In this document: piece after piece, positions 1 to 24,900 of the stretch
How the letters are laid out: the number at the start of each line of letters is the position of its first letter
Position numbering within the stretch: the stretch's first letter is position 1
From: Laetmonice hystrix
Taxonomy: Eukaryota
Length of the DNA stretch: 64,000 nucleotides
Direction: 5' to 3'
NCBI GenBank assembly: GCA_965235115.1
Contig: OZ249437.1
Coordinates: forward strand, 45,260,001-45,324,000
Position numbers and translations under genes: made by a program
The notes under the pieces: model-generated
The model's database searches: none
The model's input: the letters and a program-made list of their open reading frames with translations, nothing else
What the model was told of the DNA's origin: nothing

Positions 1-1864
1 AAATTTAGGTACAGGAGAGGGGTGTGGCTGTGCAAGGTCACTTGGTGTGACTTTAGCTACCCTCGTAAAAACTGTTTGCAATGATTGTTCATTAGTGGCC
101 TGCAAAGCATCATAAACCAAACAGTAATGCTGACTACACACTGATCTTATAAATAAAAAATAAAAAAATTATCACAAATCGTCTGACACATTATGGAGGT
201 GGAGGTACTTGAAATATCTGCATACAACAGGAAGTCTAGCTCAGGTAAAAATAGCTTTTCTTGAAGTGACCTTTCCAGCCGCCTGCCAACTACCCGTGGA
301 CCACTAAAGTTCCCCCAGTAACACATGAGTCAAAGGTGTTGCTGCAAGGTTGCCAGTCCCCTCAGCAGATACCTCCAAACCCGCAGGTTGGCCAAAGTGG
401 GTGAAGTTAGGATACATGAAGTCCCTACACACATTGGTTACCCCTCCCTCAGGTCGAATCTCGGTTTGACTGGCTAACACTTATTCACCATGTGGGCTGC
501 AGTCATAATTGAAACCAGCTGAGCAGTACCTGTGCTACCCCCTAGCGTAAATTTAGCTCAACTTGATACTTGACAGCTGCATGCTGACTGCTGCCCTACA
601 AAAAGTCGGTTAGCGGAATGATTGGCAGCTGAGTTTTTTTCTTGTACACAGGGAGTGTAGACCTATTTACATCCAGGTCATTCTGGTTGCGCTGGTAGCA
701 GAGGGTGGGTTAAAAACAAAAAAATGCTGCAGAATGGTGTTTACTTGAACTTGAAAAGAGCCATACATATGAGATGTTTACTGTTGCAGTAGCACACGAT
801 CCCATGCGGTTGTGCTTTTGTGGGCATGCCAAACGGCAAACAAGATAGAAAGTTGTATTTATTTTACAAGGATATGGCATTCATGCCATGTAGCAAATGT
901 CAAAGGTCAACCATGTCAACATGGAAGCTAGCAACACAAAAGAGGCAGTGCATTTCTTCTACATTAACAAATGGTCATTGACGTGTATACATAAACGTAA
1001 AACGGTTAAAGGTAGAAAAGTCATGACAAAGTTTAGTACAGCACAGACCAGATGAGGTCAAGACTGTCTTCTCAGTTATCCGTCATGAATCTCGTTCAAA
1101 GTTAAACAATGCTTTCTTATTAGCGGTTGGATAGGTGAATTACTAGGCCAGCCTTTATCCTTATCTGTACCAATATATAGCCATGGTTTTATCTATCTGA
1201 CCCGTGGACTGCAAGGTTTCACACACAAGGTGAAGCTAAAACACGGCGGAATATCCAAACATAAAATCTACCATTTAGAGTTGGCTTGATAATATATGTC
1301 AGTAACTCAGTTATCGTTTTGATAGGGCAAACATTTTTTGGTCCCGGGAAAAAATACCAGGCCCTTTTTACGTCAGTGTAAACCTTTTACGTCACTCAGT
1401 GTAAGCCCTGTAGACATGAGGAACAAGTAGCACCATGTAAATTCTGTTGAGAGAGTAGGCAAAAGTTTATTTCCTACACTCTGATTTATCGTGTGAACTA
1501 CTGAAGCATGCTACTGCTCTAAATAGGGCATGACTGCAGTTAGAAGTCAAGTGCAATTTATTTACAAAATACAGGACAAGGTCGAAGCTACATACAGAGT
1601 ATTTCAGTCAAGTCATTCATGACCGTTTTGATAAACTAAGGAGTACTGACATTAAAAGGGGTCAGAGCATAATATTTTCAAAATGTCTAACCGGGTTAAG
1701 TCACTGCCATCTTGAAAAACAAAAGAGGATGCTGTAGTGTTTGAATGAACTTGGGATTTAGTGGTAAAATAAAAATATTTAATACCATATTTAATATTTT
1801 TAAGGGCCATAATTCAAAGCTAATACCACTGTAGGAAATACTTGCCTAATTTTGGTTATTTAAG

Positions 1865-12370
<10,506 letters not shown>

Positions 12371-12694
12371 CAGTCGGCAAGTCAGGCTGCAAGGCTTGTA
12401 TTATGACAGAACTACACCACTGGCGGCTGAACTGTGGTCGTGCTACGACCACCAGAAACCCAACCTTCGAATGAATGGACAGTCCAATCAATAAGTGATA
12501 CCGGTACAACATAACATGAGGACTAAGCAAAAAATGATGCATGCTTTATTTCTATAATTAAGTAGAATTAGGGAGTAACCAATGAGAGACTGGTTTTTTT
12601 TATAGATTCTACATTTTTATATTGCATAATGTATGTTAATATGATTACATATGAGAAGAGAAACTTGAGAGCTAAAAAACCTGTACCAAACTGC

Positions 12695-13165
12695 AGACTT
12701 GATCAGGAAGACAGAACTGTGTAAGATGTCAAGCGATTTTCATAAAGTTCCATATGAATATCCCGGTAATGTCTGCATTGAGTTTCTTGCTCTGACCAGA
12801 CAAGAAGTGCTAGACTTGATTAGGAAGACAGAACTGTGTAAGATGTCAAGCGATTTTCATGAAGTTCTATATGAATATCCCGGTAATGTCTGCATTGAGT
12901 TTCTTGCTCTGATCAGACAAGAAGTGCTAGACTTGATTAGGAAGACAGAACTGTGTAAGATGTCAAGTGATTTTCATAAAGTTCTATATGAATATCCCGG
13001 TATAATGTCTGCATTGAGTTTCTTGCTCTGACCAGACAAGAAGTGCTAGACTTGATTAGGAAGACAGAACTGTGTAAGATGTCAAGCGATTTTTATAAAG
13101 TTCCATATGAATATTCCGGTAATGTTTGCATTGAGTTTCTTGCTCTGACCAGACAAGAAATGCTA
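12695..13165. repeat. Tandem repeat, 4 x ~117 bp, downstream of the GLDC stop
   Basis: Unit AGACTTGAT.AGGAAGACAGAACTGTGTAAGATGTCAAG... restarts at 12695, 12812, 12929 and 13048; copy 3 has a 2-bp insertion. Confidence 0.95.
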
Positions 13166-14899
13166 CTGTGATCTTTGGCAAACTTAAGTCGCCAGCCGTT
13201 TCAGAAAAATATAGTGCCATATTATGACACATTTGATCACAACATCAAGAGGAGCGTTTTCAGTGGCTCCAATGACGTTACTATTATAGGCTGCCATGTA
13301 GTCTGTACTACCAGTAGGTAGGCGTTGTATGCCACGATGGCTTCAGTCAGACAGGGGTACACTGGAAAAGGCAATCTTCTTTAAAACCTTCCAAGGTTTT
13401 ACTTAGAGAGAGATTCATCAAGAGTCCATGAAATCCACGAATGAGGGTGGAAATTTCATGTCAATTACCGGTACTGCCCAAGCAGGTAGAAAGAATATTT
13501 CTTAAGCAGACTTTGACCATACCACTAAATAATATGTTTATGGTTCTGAAATTTCTTGCCAGTGAGGTCACCTATTTGCCTCATAGTATACGTACAATGT
13601 TCTGCATGTACTATATGGTTTATATGTCTTGCCGCATAGATGCTGCTGTAACCTCGCATGAAACCTACAAAATGGGAGTCGGACAGCTAGAATTCTCAGG
13701 ATGATAAGAAGTCTCAAGGATGGGCTAAACACCCCCTCCCCCCTCCCCCTCCCCCCCCCCCCAAAAAAAAAATCCCTTTCGCTGGGTCATCACACTACAA
13801 TAATTGTATATGCAGGGATTAATACCCTTTTTAATGGGAATTATACGGCGCTTAGGATAAGGGGACTGCTTTTATGTATATGTATATCATGTATTTGTGA
13901 GTGTTGAAGAGGTGCTGCAATGCTTCTTGGCTTATCTACTGGATATACCACCAGTCTCTGTAATTCTCTACTTAGATTGCTGCTGTTTGGATCAGCCTGA
14001 GGGCTAGTGTAATAACTCGCAAAATAGTGCTAGTACTACTACAGCTCATGGCTGTAAATTTTGTTAAAGAGGTAGTTAGAATAGAGGCAAAAAGATAAAG
14101 AATCGTAAAAGAATTTAACGCTGTTGTTGGATTCGTCTTATTGGAATGGTATTGCACTACGACATAGCCATGTTAGCATTGACAGACATTCGCTGTAGAA
14201 GTGTCTGGAGCGTCATGACGACAAATGAAGACGGTTCCTCAGCAGCCGATATGTTCACATTATTAAAACACAGACCACTGTCGGGTCTGTCATACAATGT
14301 CTTGGCCCAGTGAGGCGCTTTTTTTCTCCCGAACGTCACTTCTCCGCAAATAAATGCACTTGTCGACCTGGCGTGGTGCAGTACAAAAACCTGGTTCAGA
14401 GTTCCTAATCTGCTCCGTCCTAAATCTTAATCACGGAAATGTTTCGCTTTTGAACAGTCCCTTTGGAATACAAATGTAGTCACATTTATCGATCGCCCCC
14501 TTGTAATATTAATACTACTCCATTTGAATTAAGCGGGCGATACATGCTGCGACTTAGGACTTTTTGTCCCAAATTATTTGTCATGTCCGACCTGACGATA
14601 CGTCGCCGACGATTGTTGTAGGGTGTGATACACCGTAACACGTCCCGACAGACTCTCATGACTGTTTTTAGCGAAAAATCGTAGCGTGTATCACCCACCC
14701 GTAATCCATGCTAATATACAGTAATTGAAAATGCCGACCATTGCGCTCAAATTGTCAGCACCATCCCATAATTACTATCCCTTCAAGGGATTCCGTCGAT
14801 CGACAATTCCAACATCCTTGCATGTCTTGTAGTGGAAGTGGAGAGAACACATGCACACAACAGACTGGATTTCCCGCGGTTTATTCATCTGTCAACTCT

Positions 14900-14977
14900 C
14901 AATCACTCAATGGCTGCTTGTAGTGATGGAAGCTTGCAATCACTCAATGGCTGCTTGTAGTGATGGAAGCTTGCAAT
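14900..14977. repeat. Perfect 37-bp tandem duplication
   Basis: CAATCACTCAATGGCTGCTTGTAGTGATGGAAGCTTG occurs twice, followed by CAAT. Confidence 0.9.
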
Positions 14978-15521
14978 TTTAATAGAGCGATTGTTTCAAA
15001 TACAGTGGGACGAACAAGAAACGAAGTACTGTCTAAATATATATTTTTATTTATTAAGGTATACTGTATTTTACGGCATAACTAGAGCAATAGACACAAT
15101 GATCGTATTTTCAGAATGAGTACAGTTGGCTGCCCTTCTAACAATGACGCAGTCTTCCCAATTTAGCTTTGTACGTCTATACCCAGAGCTTTCAACATAT
15201 GTAAAATAAGTACATGTTTAAGAGCGTGTAATTGGCTGACACGTCTCAGAAGGCACAGTGAAAGTAACTGCAAGCATCACAGTAAACATGTTTACAAAAG
15301 TTATCACCTTCATGTATATAACATTTTTTCACACGTACATACACACATATAACATATATATGATTCCTGAAACGATAAAACGTGTGGCGACAGATTTCCG
15401 ATTGAAAGATTAACTCTATGTCAAAATAATGCACCACAGTTCTGAACTTGTTTCATAAATAAGATGCGGTCCTTATATGAACAAGTCCTAATAAAATGAC
15501 GTGATTCTTGTACACTGTACT

Positions 15522-15872
15522 CAGGGTTCCCACAGAAATCTGATAAATCAATTCCATGACTTTTCCATGATGAAATGACTTCCACTTTTGAACTTGATAA
15601 AAATCATCATGGAAGAATGATTACGAGAGGACACCACACAAACTGTAATGCAAAAATATGAATAAATGCAGACTTGAAAACGGTTGGAAGACTGCCATAG
15701 CCAGGGAAAACAAACTACACGAGAATATGATGCCATATGATCAATTCCATGACTGTTCCATACCTTTTTGCTTTGCATTTTACCATTCCATGACTTTTTT
15801 GAAAATTCCATTTTTCCATGACTTTCCATAACAGTGTTTTTTTCAGGATTTCCAGGATGTGTGGGAACCCTG
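15522..15872. mobile_element. Non-autonomous DNA transposon, 351 bp, 13-bp TIR, 6-bp TSD
   Basis: TGTACT|CAGGGTTCCCACA ... TGTGGGAACCCTG|TGTACT, with internal TTCCATGACTTT repeats. Superfamily not assigned. Confidence 0.75.
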
Positions 15873-15976
15873 TGTACTGGTATGCCTGCATGCAATACAT
15901 TTTAATGCTGACCACTTGCAATAATATTATTGTTGGACAAGCTGGTTTGTTGGGGTAACATAATTCTGCAACTGTT

Positions 15977-18900
15977 TCAAACGATCTTACTGGGAGGGAA
16001 CATTGTCAAACTTTTGTGGAAGTCCATGATGTGACTGATTTGTTTTGTTGCAATTTCTTTCTCCAGCGGCAAAAAGTTCCACTCGGCAGGCGTGCCCAGA
16101 TCTGCTTCATCAATCTCCTTCACATCACTATCCTCCTCATCTTCCTCCTCTTCCTCCTCTTCACTGTCTTCTTCACCCTCACTACACTGTGAATTGTTGC
16201 CGCTTCTTTTGGTCTGGCATGGATTCTCTTCATCCTCGGAGCTGTGGTCGTCAGAGATGGTTTCCCAGGAGTCGTTGTGAACACAGTCGTCTGCCGAGCC
16301 TACTGTGACTGATCGCTTCCTCTTGTGACCCCTCTCGCTATCCTTGTTCCCTTCAATCTTTAACACATACATTACTTACGTTAGCATTGGTTGTCCACCA
16401 TAATGTCAGTCACTAAGATTTAGGTGGCACATACTGGATATAGAACATTTCCCAGAGTACCATGTAATATACTCTGCACAAAATTTTTTTTTTCTACCAC
16501 TCTGCACAAAATGATGTTTCCCACCACTGTAGTCTATTTTGAGATAGATGTATTGTACTCAGAATAGGACATTATTTTTATTTAAGAACATTTTATTTAT
16601 TTTTTTATTTAAGAACATTGAATGGGTGTCACACAACACAACTTCAAAAAGGGTGGGAAAAAACTTTTCGTGGAGACTATAGATTAGGATGATCTGTAAA
16701 GAAATTGTGCTACTTTTTAATATAGTTCATCTATGGCCAATATATATCCTGAGCACATACTGGAATCCACTTTTATAACATTTAAAGCGTTAAACATGAC
16801 GACATTACTCACCTGCACACTAAGTTTCTTGTGTTTTCCTCCAGCTGGGACGTGGTCCTTATACCATTTTCTTAACTCATTCAGGCTCATCTTCTCCAGG
16901 GCTTCCACCTGCGTACAACACAGAATTGGGCAATTGTCAAAACTCCTTAAATAAAAACATGGCACTTCATTTTGTAAAACGCTCTGTTCTCTGGAATTCT
17001 GTCCTTACCTGTCTCGATAGCCTATTGAAGACATATTCTTGGTTGGTGACCTCGGCCCAGTTACGACTAACCTCCTCTCCCAGGTGAGGGTCCTCGCACT
17101 GCTTCAGTGTTATGAGAGACGCCACCTGGTGAACACATAAAGAGTTCAGTCTCAGGTTTATGATTACCCAATCTAGGGCTCCTACATCTGTGTCATAAAA
17201 CTCAATTTTTCAAGGGATACTTATATCCGTGTGAAACAACCTGTTGCTACCGGTCATGGCCTTCATTCATTGGTTATAAAAAAGCCTGAAATCTTCACTT
17301 GAAATGTTAATACAAAACAAAACAAATGACAAACCAATGTTTTGAAGTCATCCTCTGTCATTTTATCCATTATTTCCTCAAATTCTATCAGGAACTTTTC
17401 CATGTAGCTGTCCAACTCACTCATTCTGCAATAAGATTAGCCATCAGATGGTGCATGTTATTTACTAGTATAAAACAGTCTATCCATAAGTCATTAGGAA
17501 ATAGCACATTATTATATATTACATGGTATATGGCTAATTATCATATAGATAATTGTCATATGTTCACCAAACTTTAAAACCTGCCAGCGATACCCCTAGT
17601 GTGGTACATGTATATGTTAGTATTTTATAAAACTACATACAGGCTTTGCTTTAACCTACACAAATTTGAAAATCACTATATCTTTTATACAGTGCCCACA
17701 CATATTCTTCAAGACTTGTCTATGCGATGCAAAGTTAAAGATGCTGTCAGCAGAACTTTCTCAGAAATAAATGGTCTGAAATGTACTATTAAACAAACCA
17801 CCTACGGGAATTTATTGGCTTGGCTACACACAGTAACAGACAAGCCCAATATTCCACTTGTGACGCGATTTGTACAAAAGACAACATAACCAAGTTGATG
17901 TTTTGTCCGCAGTATGTCAAAACATGGCTCTTCCATTCGAGTCTATATCAAACATGGAATAAAATAATAATTTAGTCACAGGTTCCGGGAAAATGAAAAA
18001 GTACAGGAATTTAGGATTCTTGTAAAGTCTCAATTTTTACACATATCCACCGATTCCGGATAAGATGGTAAAGGCACAGTTGGCACAAGACATAAATATT
18101 AATTAATTATATTAATATTAATATTAAGTGGGAGTCCACAATAAATTAACAATCCAATGTTAAAGGCTAAGGGAACTTCCTTGACATTAATGAAGTATAA
18201 CAATAACGCTCACAATAAGTAACTCATTGAGGCAGGACTCGTAGAGTGAGGCTGGGCCATGTTGATAGTAGTTTGTGATAACTGAGTTGCAGTCAGCACT
18301 GTTGAAGTTCTCTGCACGTATGTAATGCTCCCCTGCTGGGACAGCACCCACTTGTTCCTGACAGAAAATAGATAAAAGATCACAGACAAGCCCCAGCAAA
18401 AATAACGAAAACACAGTGGGAAGGAAATGTCTCAAATTCCCTAATTTCCAAACACACCAAAAAAATGTTTTTTTTGCTCTTTTTTACCTTTTTTCTTTGC
18501 TCTTCAGGCAGAACATGACAGCCGAGTTGATCCAGCAAATATTTCTCCAACTCTTTAGCCTCTCCAACTGTGATATTGCCTTGCACTAGACCTTCAACAT
18601 ACATTCTGGACTTGAAGTCCTTTGCAAAGTCTAGCAACATGTCCACTGTTATCGAGTCAAGAACCTGACGCCTGTCAATGGTAGAGCAATATGGCTCCAG
18701 AAGCAGACTCAACCTCAGCTCTCTGAAATGAAAAAGGTCAAAAGGTCAAAAAATGAAAAAAATACGACTTAGCAAATTCCGATGTTCAATTCCCTCAAAT
18801 TCACGGAAATAGCAAGGTACAAAGTCATCCTCTGTGATGCCTCAGTGCAGTCGACTACATACACCGACACCTTTTAGTAAATTTTTAATTCTTACTTTCC

Positions 18901-21900
18901 TTCAACTTAAACAATTAAACCACCTTTTCTAAACTCCTAGAATTTTTAAAGTTCTACTTGTAGCTAATAGGACTGACTAATTTAATCTGAACTATTCACT
19001 CAGTAATGATGGCAGATGTGTCCATAAACCACAATGACCAGAAAAGAAAAACAAGTGTCCTGCAACTCACGTGACCATATTTTTGGGCTTGATGTAATGG
19101 TTGTAGTAGACCCGGCGTTGTTGGTCAGCCAATGCTTCAAACACATCTTGTTCACAGGAGAAGTTGGCAATGTAATCAACAACGGTCCGGAACAGATCCT
19201 GTGTGTCAACATGACAGGAATGTTTTCATATCCCTTTGGTTTAAACTACTCCATCTGGGGAAAGCTAAAAGGTTTCCTATTATTTAAAATTATTACCTTG
19301 GCTATTATGTATCAAAACTTCACCTCTTGAACAGCCTAAATAATTAAAGGATAGAGTCGTTTTGGGTTGGTTTGTCCAATTGCATAGGTACTTAAGACAA
19401 ATTAATGATCATTCACGATTAAACCCATGCAGTTTCTGCTGCCAGATGTTTCACACTTACTGGTAGTTTATGATTGAACCCATGAAGTTTCATCTTCAGA
19501 CCTTGACTGTCTGGTGTGAAATCATAACTGTTGAAGAAATAGTAAGATGATAAACATGATTAGTTGTGAGCATTTTAGTTTCTCTAACCTACCAAACATG
19601 TAGCCAGGATCTGAGAAACTGAAAGAAGTAGTTCACTATCTCAACACCAGAGGTCTCTCTTACTCTCTTATCATCCAAAACAAGGTTCTTAAAATAACCT
19701 TTCCTAACTCCTGAAATAAATCACTATATTAACTTCATTCCAAGAACTTTGGTTTACTCTCATCACCTGGCTCAAAATCCCGTCCCAACGAAGAAAACAT
19801 TTAAGAAAACTTCATGAGATGTACATATTCTTACCTGAGTTGAGCAACATCAGCAGCATATGCTATCTCAGACAGGTTGTGTTCAAGTACCCGTACAAAG
19901 AGATCCAAAAGTGTAAACCTGTAAATTAAAGGTAATACAGCATCAGTGATAACTGCTGACGTCACATCAGAATAGAGTAGGGTACAACAGAATAGTAGGG
20001 TCTGGAAAACATCTGAAAACGTACATGCTAGTGCATGCTAGGAGGGAGGGATTGAAATGTCAGCCATGCAGGTTTGTGTAACAGAGCATAAATTTATGAG
20101 GGACATTTTAAGTTGATTTCTAGCAATCTCTATAGTGGCGTAGAGAAATTGGCTAGCTTTCAATTATTTAAGGCTTACGTTGTGGCCGACTCCGACACCA
20201 TCGGATTCCGTAAATGAAAGCAAAGGTAGGCTGAAAACAGTGAAGATATGACGGCTATATTTTATACCACATTGTCAACCTCTTTACAATGACCAGTTCA
20301 CTGATCAACATCCACATGGCTCTTCTCCCACACCAATAATAATGGGATACAGATAGTCTCACATGTCACATCATTTTTATTAAAGATATTCTTCCACATC
20401 TCCCATTATGAATGACAGTTAGTTTAAGATCATAATAAATCTTCGATCTTTTCACAGCTTGCAAAATTTCAGATACATTTGCCTTTGTCAGACATTACCC
20501 CATGGCAAACAAAGAAATGAGATTTGCACAGCTGAACTGATAAACAATTGGAACAAACTTTACCTTTCGGTATGTTAAACTTATTGTCCTTACAGTACCA
20601 CAGTCTGCTTTGGTCATTTTCTTTTATGGCCTCTGGGTACTGCAACAAACATCAACTTAGTGCCAATACTGGTAGAATAAAGTCATAAAACACTGACAAA
20701 CAGATTACCAGTAGTTCATTACAATTACAAATAATAAGTAAATTAAAATTATTGACTAAGTCTATACCTTTGACAGATTTAAATTTTCAGGGACCTGCAC
20801 AGAAAGTAGAATTAAAACCTCTGGATGAGCATTTCTTTTTTCAGATGTACATCAATTTCATATCACCAACCTGAGTATATTCCTTATCAGCATCCCTGAG
20901 AGTAAAGTCTGTGGCTGTAAGAGCAAAGTACCAGCTGACACAAATATATCAACATATTTCTTATCTATGGATAAGAAAATCTCATTTGGCAAGAATGACT
21001 TCATTTGCAGAAATTACAAAATTAGTGAAATACACATTCCATAACAAAGCTGACAATATAGATTCCCTGTGGGTCGCTTGCTAAAACACTAACAGGCACA
21101 CTTGTTGAGTCCCGATGCCTGATTCTTGCCGACCACCACTGTGCTCATTTTAAGTCACTCACCAATATAAGTGTTTTCATGGGGAAGGTGAAAGGCAGGA
21201 TTCTTATCATCTTCTGTAACACAAATAATATGACAAGTTAAATCACACTTATTTTGATGAGATGAATGATAGCACAATAGTTTGAGTCAAACAAAAATTA
21301 AATGTTAACAAGACGAGGAGGGGGTGGCAAACAATGTATCCACGGCACAACTCACCTTTCCAGGCTTTTAGCCAATGTTCAGGAACATCTGTTAGATAAG
21401 ATGAGAAAACATTGTCAGCATATCAATAGGATCTGCTAAATCTTACTGAGTGAACTTGGACATGACCTATCTAACATACTCGTTTGCTACTCAATCTTAT
21501 CAAACTGAAATCACACACATGTATGCCTATCAAGGGAAAAGAAGGATGGTAACATAAAAGAATGAAATTAAGCTCACTCGGAACCACTTAGCCTTAAAAC
21601 CTTTGACCTCATGGACAAAGATATAGTGTGACTCTCTTATGCAAATGATATTTCAAGATGTTTTGATTCAGTACCTTTACCTCCCTTGAGGGGTCCAAGC
21701 AAAAGTTACCAAGATGGGTCACAATGAAAAAAGAATAAAGCCTACCACTGGCAGAGAAGGGCATCCGGAACCAAGGCTCCATCTTATCACAGACACCATC
21801 CTCAGAAAATCTCTTCGAATAGAGCAGGAATGAAGCCGACTCTGGTAGAAGTTTGTTTTGACAGGAAGCAATGAGATCCTCATCATACTCAGTGAGTAAC

Positions 21901-24900
21901 AATTCTCCTGTCAGGTAGTCGGTCGGAGGATACAGCTGCATGTTCTCAGCAAGTTTCTCAACCGTGTCTGCCGGGTCGGACTGTCAGGACAAATGTTACA
22001 GGAGCCGTTAGGATTTTCCTTCAGGTATACTTATACTACTGTTCAAATTTGGTCATCACATATTCTTGGAATAATTCAGGTGTTTTGTTCATTTTAGCAT
22101 CATAACATTCCACAAAAGATTCAACAAAAAATGGCACTGCTTTATCATATTTCCCAGGATATTACAAAAATGCATTTATTATTGAAATTAACAGTACTGA
22201 AGAGTAAATCTATACTGGCTTGTTAATGCTGTAAGTCAACATTATCATTAATGTACCTCTTCCTGCCATCTGAAATCGTTGGCTTCAATCTTACAAATCT
22301 CATCATACACTCGACGGTTTGGCCCAACCTGCCGCAACATGTTCAGGTAATGAAATACTGCTGTCAACACCTGCAAAATCGAAATTTTCAAGTTTTACAA
22401 ATTTTACAACCCAATTGCCACAACCAGCCACACAGGCTTACTCTTGTTTTATGGTACATGTACTTTGTTTTATCCCTGTGTATTATTGAGGAGTCTGGGA
22501 AAATCCATTGTTCAAAGATGGCTTCACTTGTCAGTTGTGACCACTGGTTGTAACTGACCAGTCAGACCCTTACAGCACTGGTCCTATTATGTCATTTAAT
22601 GAAGTCAGACTCACATATGACTCACCTCAAATACATGGTCCATGCCCAATTCTGTCAGTGTGATACTGATACTGAAGATGGCACAAGTACTGTTGTGTTC
22701 AAAGCCACTCTCACTGTTCCCACCACACAATGACAGAGCCCACACCCTGCAAAGATAATTCCATCCACTCTCAACTCCAGCCTATATCATTTAACAAACT
22801 ACTGGGGTAGTCATCAGAAAAAAAAGGACACTGACCTTTTCTTGAGGTAGGAAAGTATGCTCCCTGCGCCCTCATGGCCAACCAACCATCCAATGTAATG
22901 TAATGGCTTCACCCTGAAATCAACAATTAAAGGCTCAAGAGACCCTGGTTGTAACTTTTTTTGAAACACACAAACATATTCACAACCATATTCATATCTT
23001 TATAGAGGAAAGTATCATCAATTAAATAAAACCTTTTTTTGATTTAATCTCACATAATTAGCTCCATTAACAGCTCAATAACTACAAGTGTGCGATATTA
23101 TCATACGAAAGGAAAGCTGAACTTACTTGTAGTTTTTGAGTAATGAAGGCAAGGACCAGGTTACCTCGACTTGATGAACGTTCTTGACAGGAACTGCCTT
23201 GTATAACTTACAAAATCCGTCAGTTTCAAACGGGTTTTCCTTGTCATCAAAAACCACCTTCTGAAGTTGGTTATTAGGGACTTTTGAAAATATTGCCTCG
23301 ACCCATTCTTGAAGGGTGTCAAGTGAATGGAGAGACTGGATTGCAAGTGCCATATAGTGTGAGGAGTAGGCCTTTTTGTGAAACTCCCTGAGAACCTGAT
23401 AGACGTCAACTCCATCCTTTTCCGGCTGTATCTTCAAGGATTCTTTGTTACCTGAAAGTATGATTCCAATGTATTTCTGCCTGATGCCAACAGAGGCCAT
23501 CACTTTATACATTAATCGAGGAGATTTATACCTTTTCCTGGATACAAAGCTGCATTTGTACTTTGAGATAATGAATACAATCTGTACCCCACATGAATTT
23601 TCCCATTGGGTGACCATCTCTTGCCAGGCTTCCCAGGAATTGTTCCTTGCGATTTCGATCACTTTGTAAGGCCATATCAAATTCTGCATCATAAGAAAAG
23701 ATGGAATAAAATTACATTTTTATCACAGACAACACTTGATCGTTTAAGAAGTATGATTTACTATCTTTTAAAAATAAATTACAAATTATAATTGTTAGAA
23801 AAATGTATAACTTTCCTTTTGTTCCCTTTTCCAATTTTGAGAGAATATTTTGCATCTATACTTACCACTGTCCACAGCCTGTATCTCACGATCAACACTA
23901 CCTTTCTTCATGAGAGGAGAAATGAAAAACTGGGCAAACATATCCAGGGCCTCATACAGATGAGTTCGGTTGATATCAAAGTAGAACACTGTCTGAAACA
24001 TAATTCAAACATCATTTGCTGGTATCTTTTTCCACATTCAGGAAATTATTTTGAGTTTTTCATGTTTCATTTTGCTATGAATCAGAATTAGACATGTTAT
24101 GTGGTATAACACAACCTGTGATCTGCCAGTTATACTTACCCTTTCACAATCAGTGAATGCATTTGATCCTCCGCCATGTTTCTTTATGTACGCATCAAAT
24201 TCATTCTCATCAGGAAACTTCTCACTTCCCATGAAGACCACTGTTTAACAAACAAAAATGCTGATCCCAGTATCCCTTTATTACTTATGTCATAACCAAT
24301 AAAATACCCACATGTAATGTCACCACCTTTAAATCACTATTCAGTTCCTTCTGGTCTCCAAACAAGTTAAGATTTCCTCATATGAACAGTGTCTGAAAGG
24401 AGCAGCTCACCAACAGCTATAAAAAGACACCACCCCATCAATTTCTAGCCCTATAATGATGCGTTTCTAAATGACTGAATAAAAAATGCAGACCTCTTCT
24501 GATCGGGTGAATAAAAGATCTTGCGTACCCCTATAACAATATCAGAACCACCAAGTAAATCTGCCTATGATATACCCAGTAAATGTTCTCTACTTCCGTT
24601 GTGGCAGTTATTTTCCAGATTTATCATTTTTTAACTTATAGACAAGAAAAAGAAATATATTTGAAATGAAAAGATAAATTTCTCCTAGGCTAACATACTG
24701 TGTTCTAGGAAGTGGGCAAGTCCAGGGGCCTGCGGAAGATCGGAAAAGCTGCCAACTCCCACACTCAGTGCAGCTGCAGACTTCAAAACAAAATAACAGA
24801 TATTTACAATAAATGTATCTACATATCTTTACCATTGTGCTTTTAGCTCATGATCCCTCCATAATGTACACTATGCTATTTTCAGTTAATCAAAAAGATA

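Noticed and set aside
1-1864. Search for GLDC exons 1-2
   Set aside because: No segment with suitable splice sites encodes the expected SIDELIxKTVP-like peptide; probably upstream of the window.
12699-13031. 110-aa ORF with 39-aa repeats
   Set aside because: A by-product of the 117-bp tandem repeat: TTG start, frameshift in copy 3, no splice context.
13972-14698. Chain of three minus-strand ORFs that might be a decayed gene
   Set aside because: Different frames, no recognisable family motif and no consistent splice sites; cannot be supported as a pseudogene without a search.
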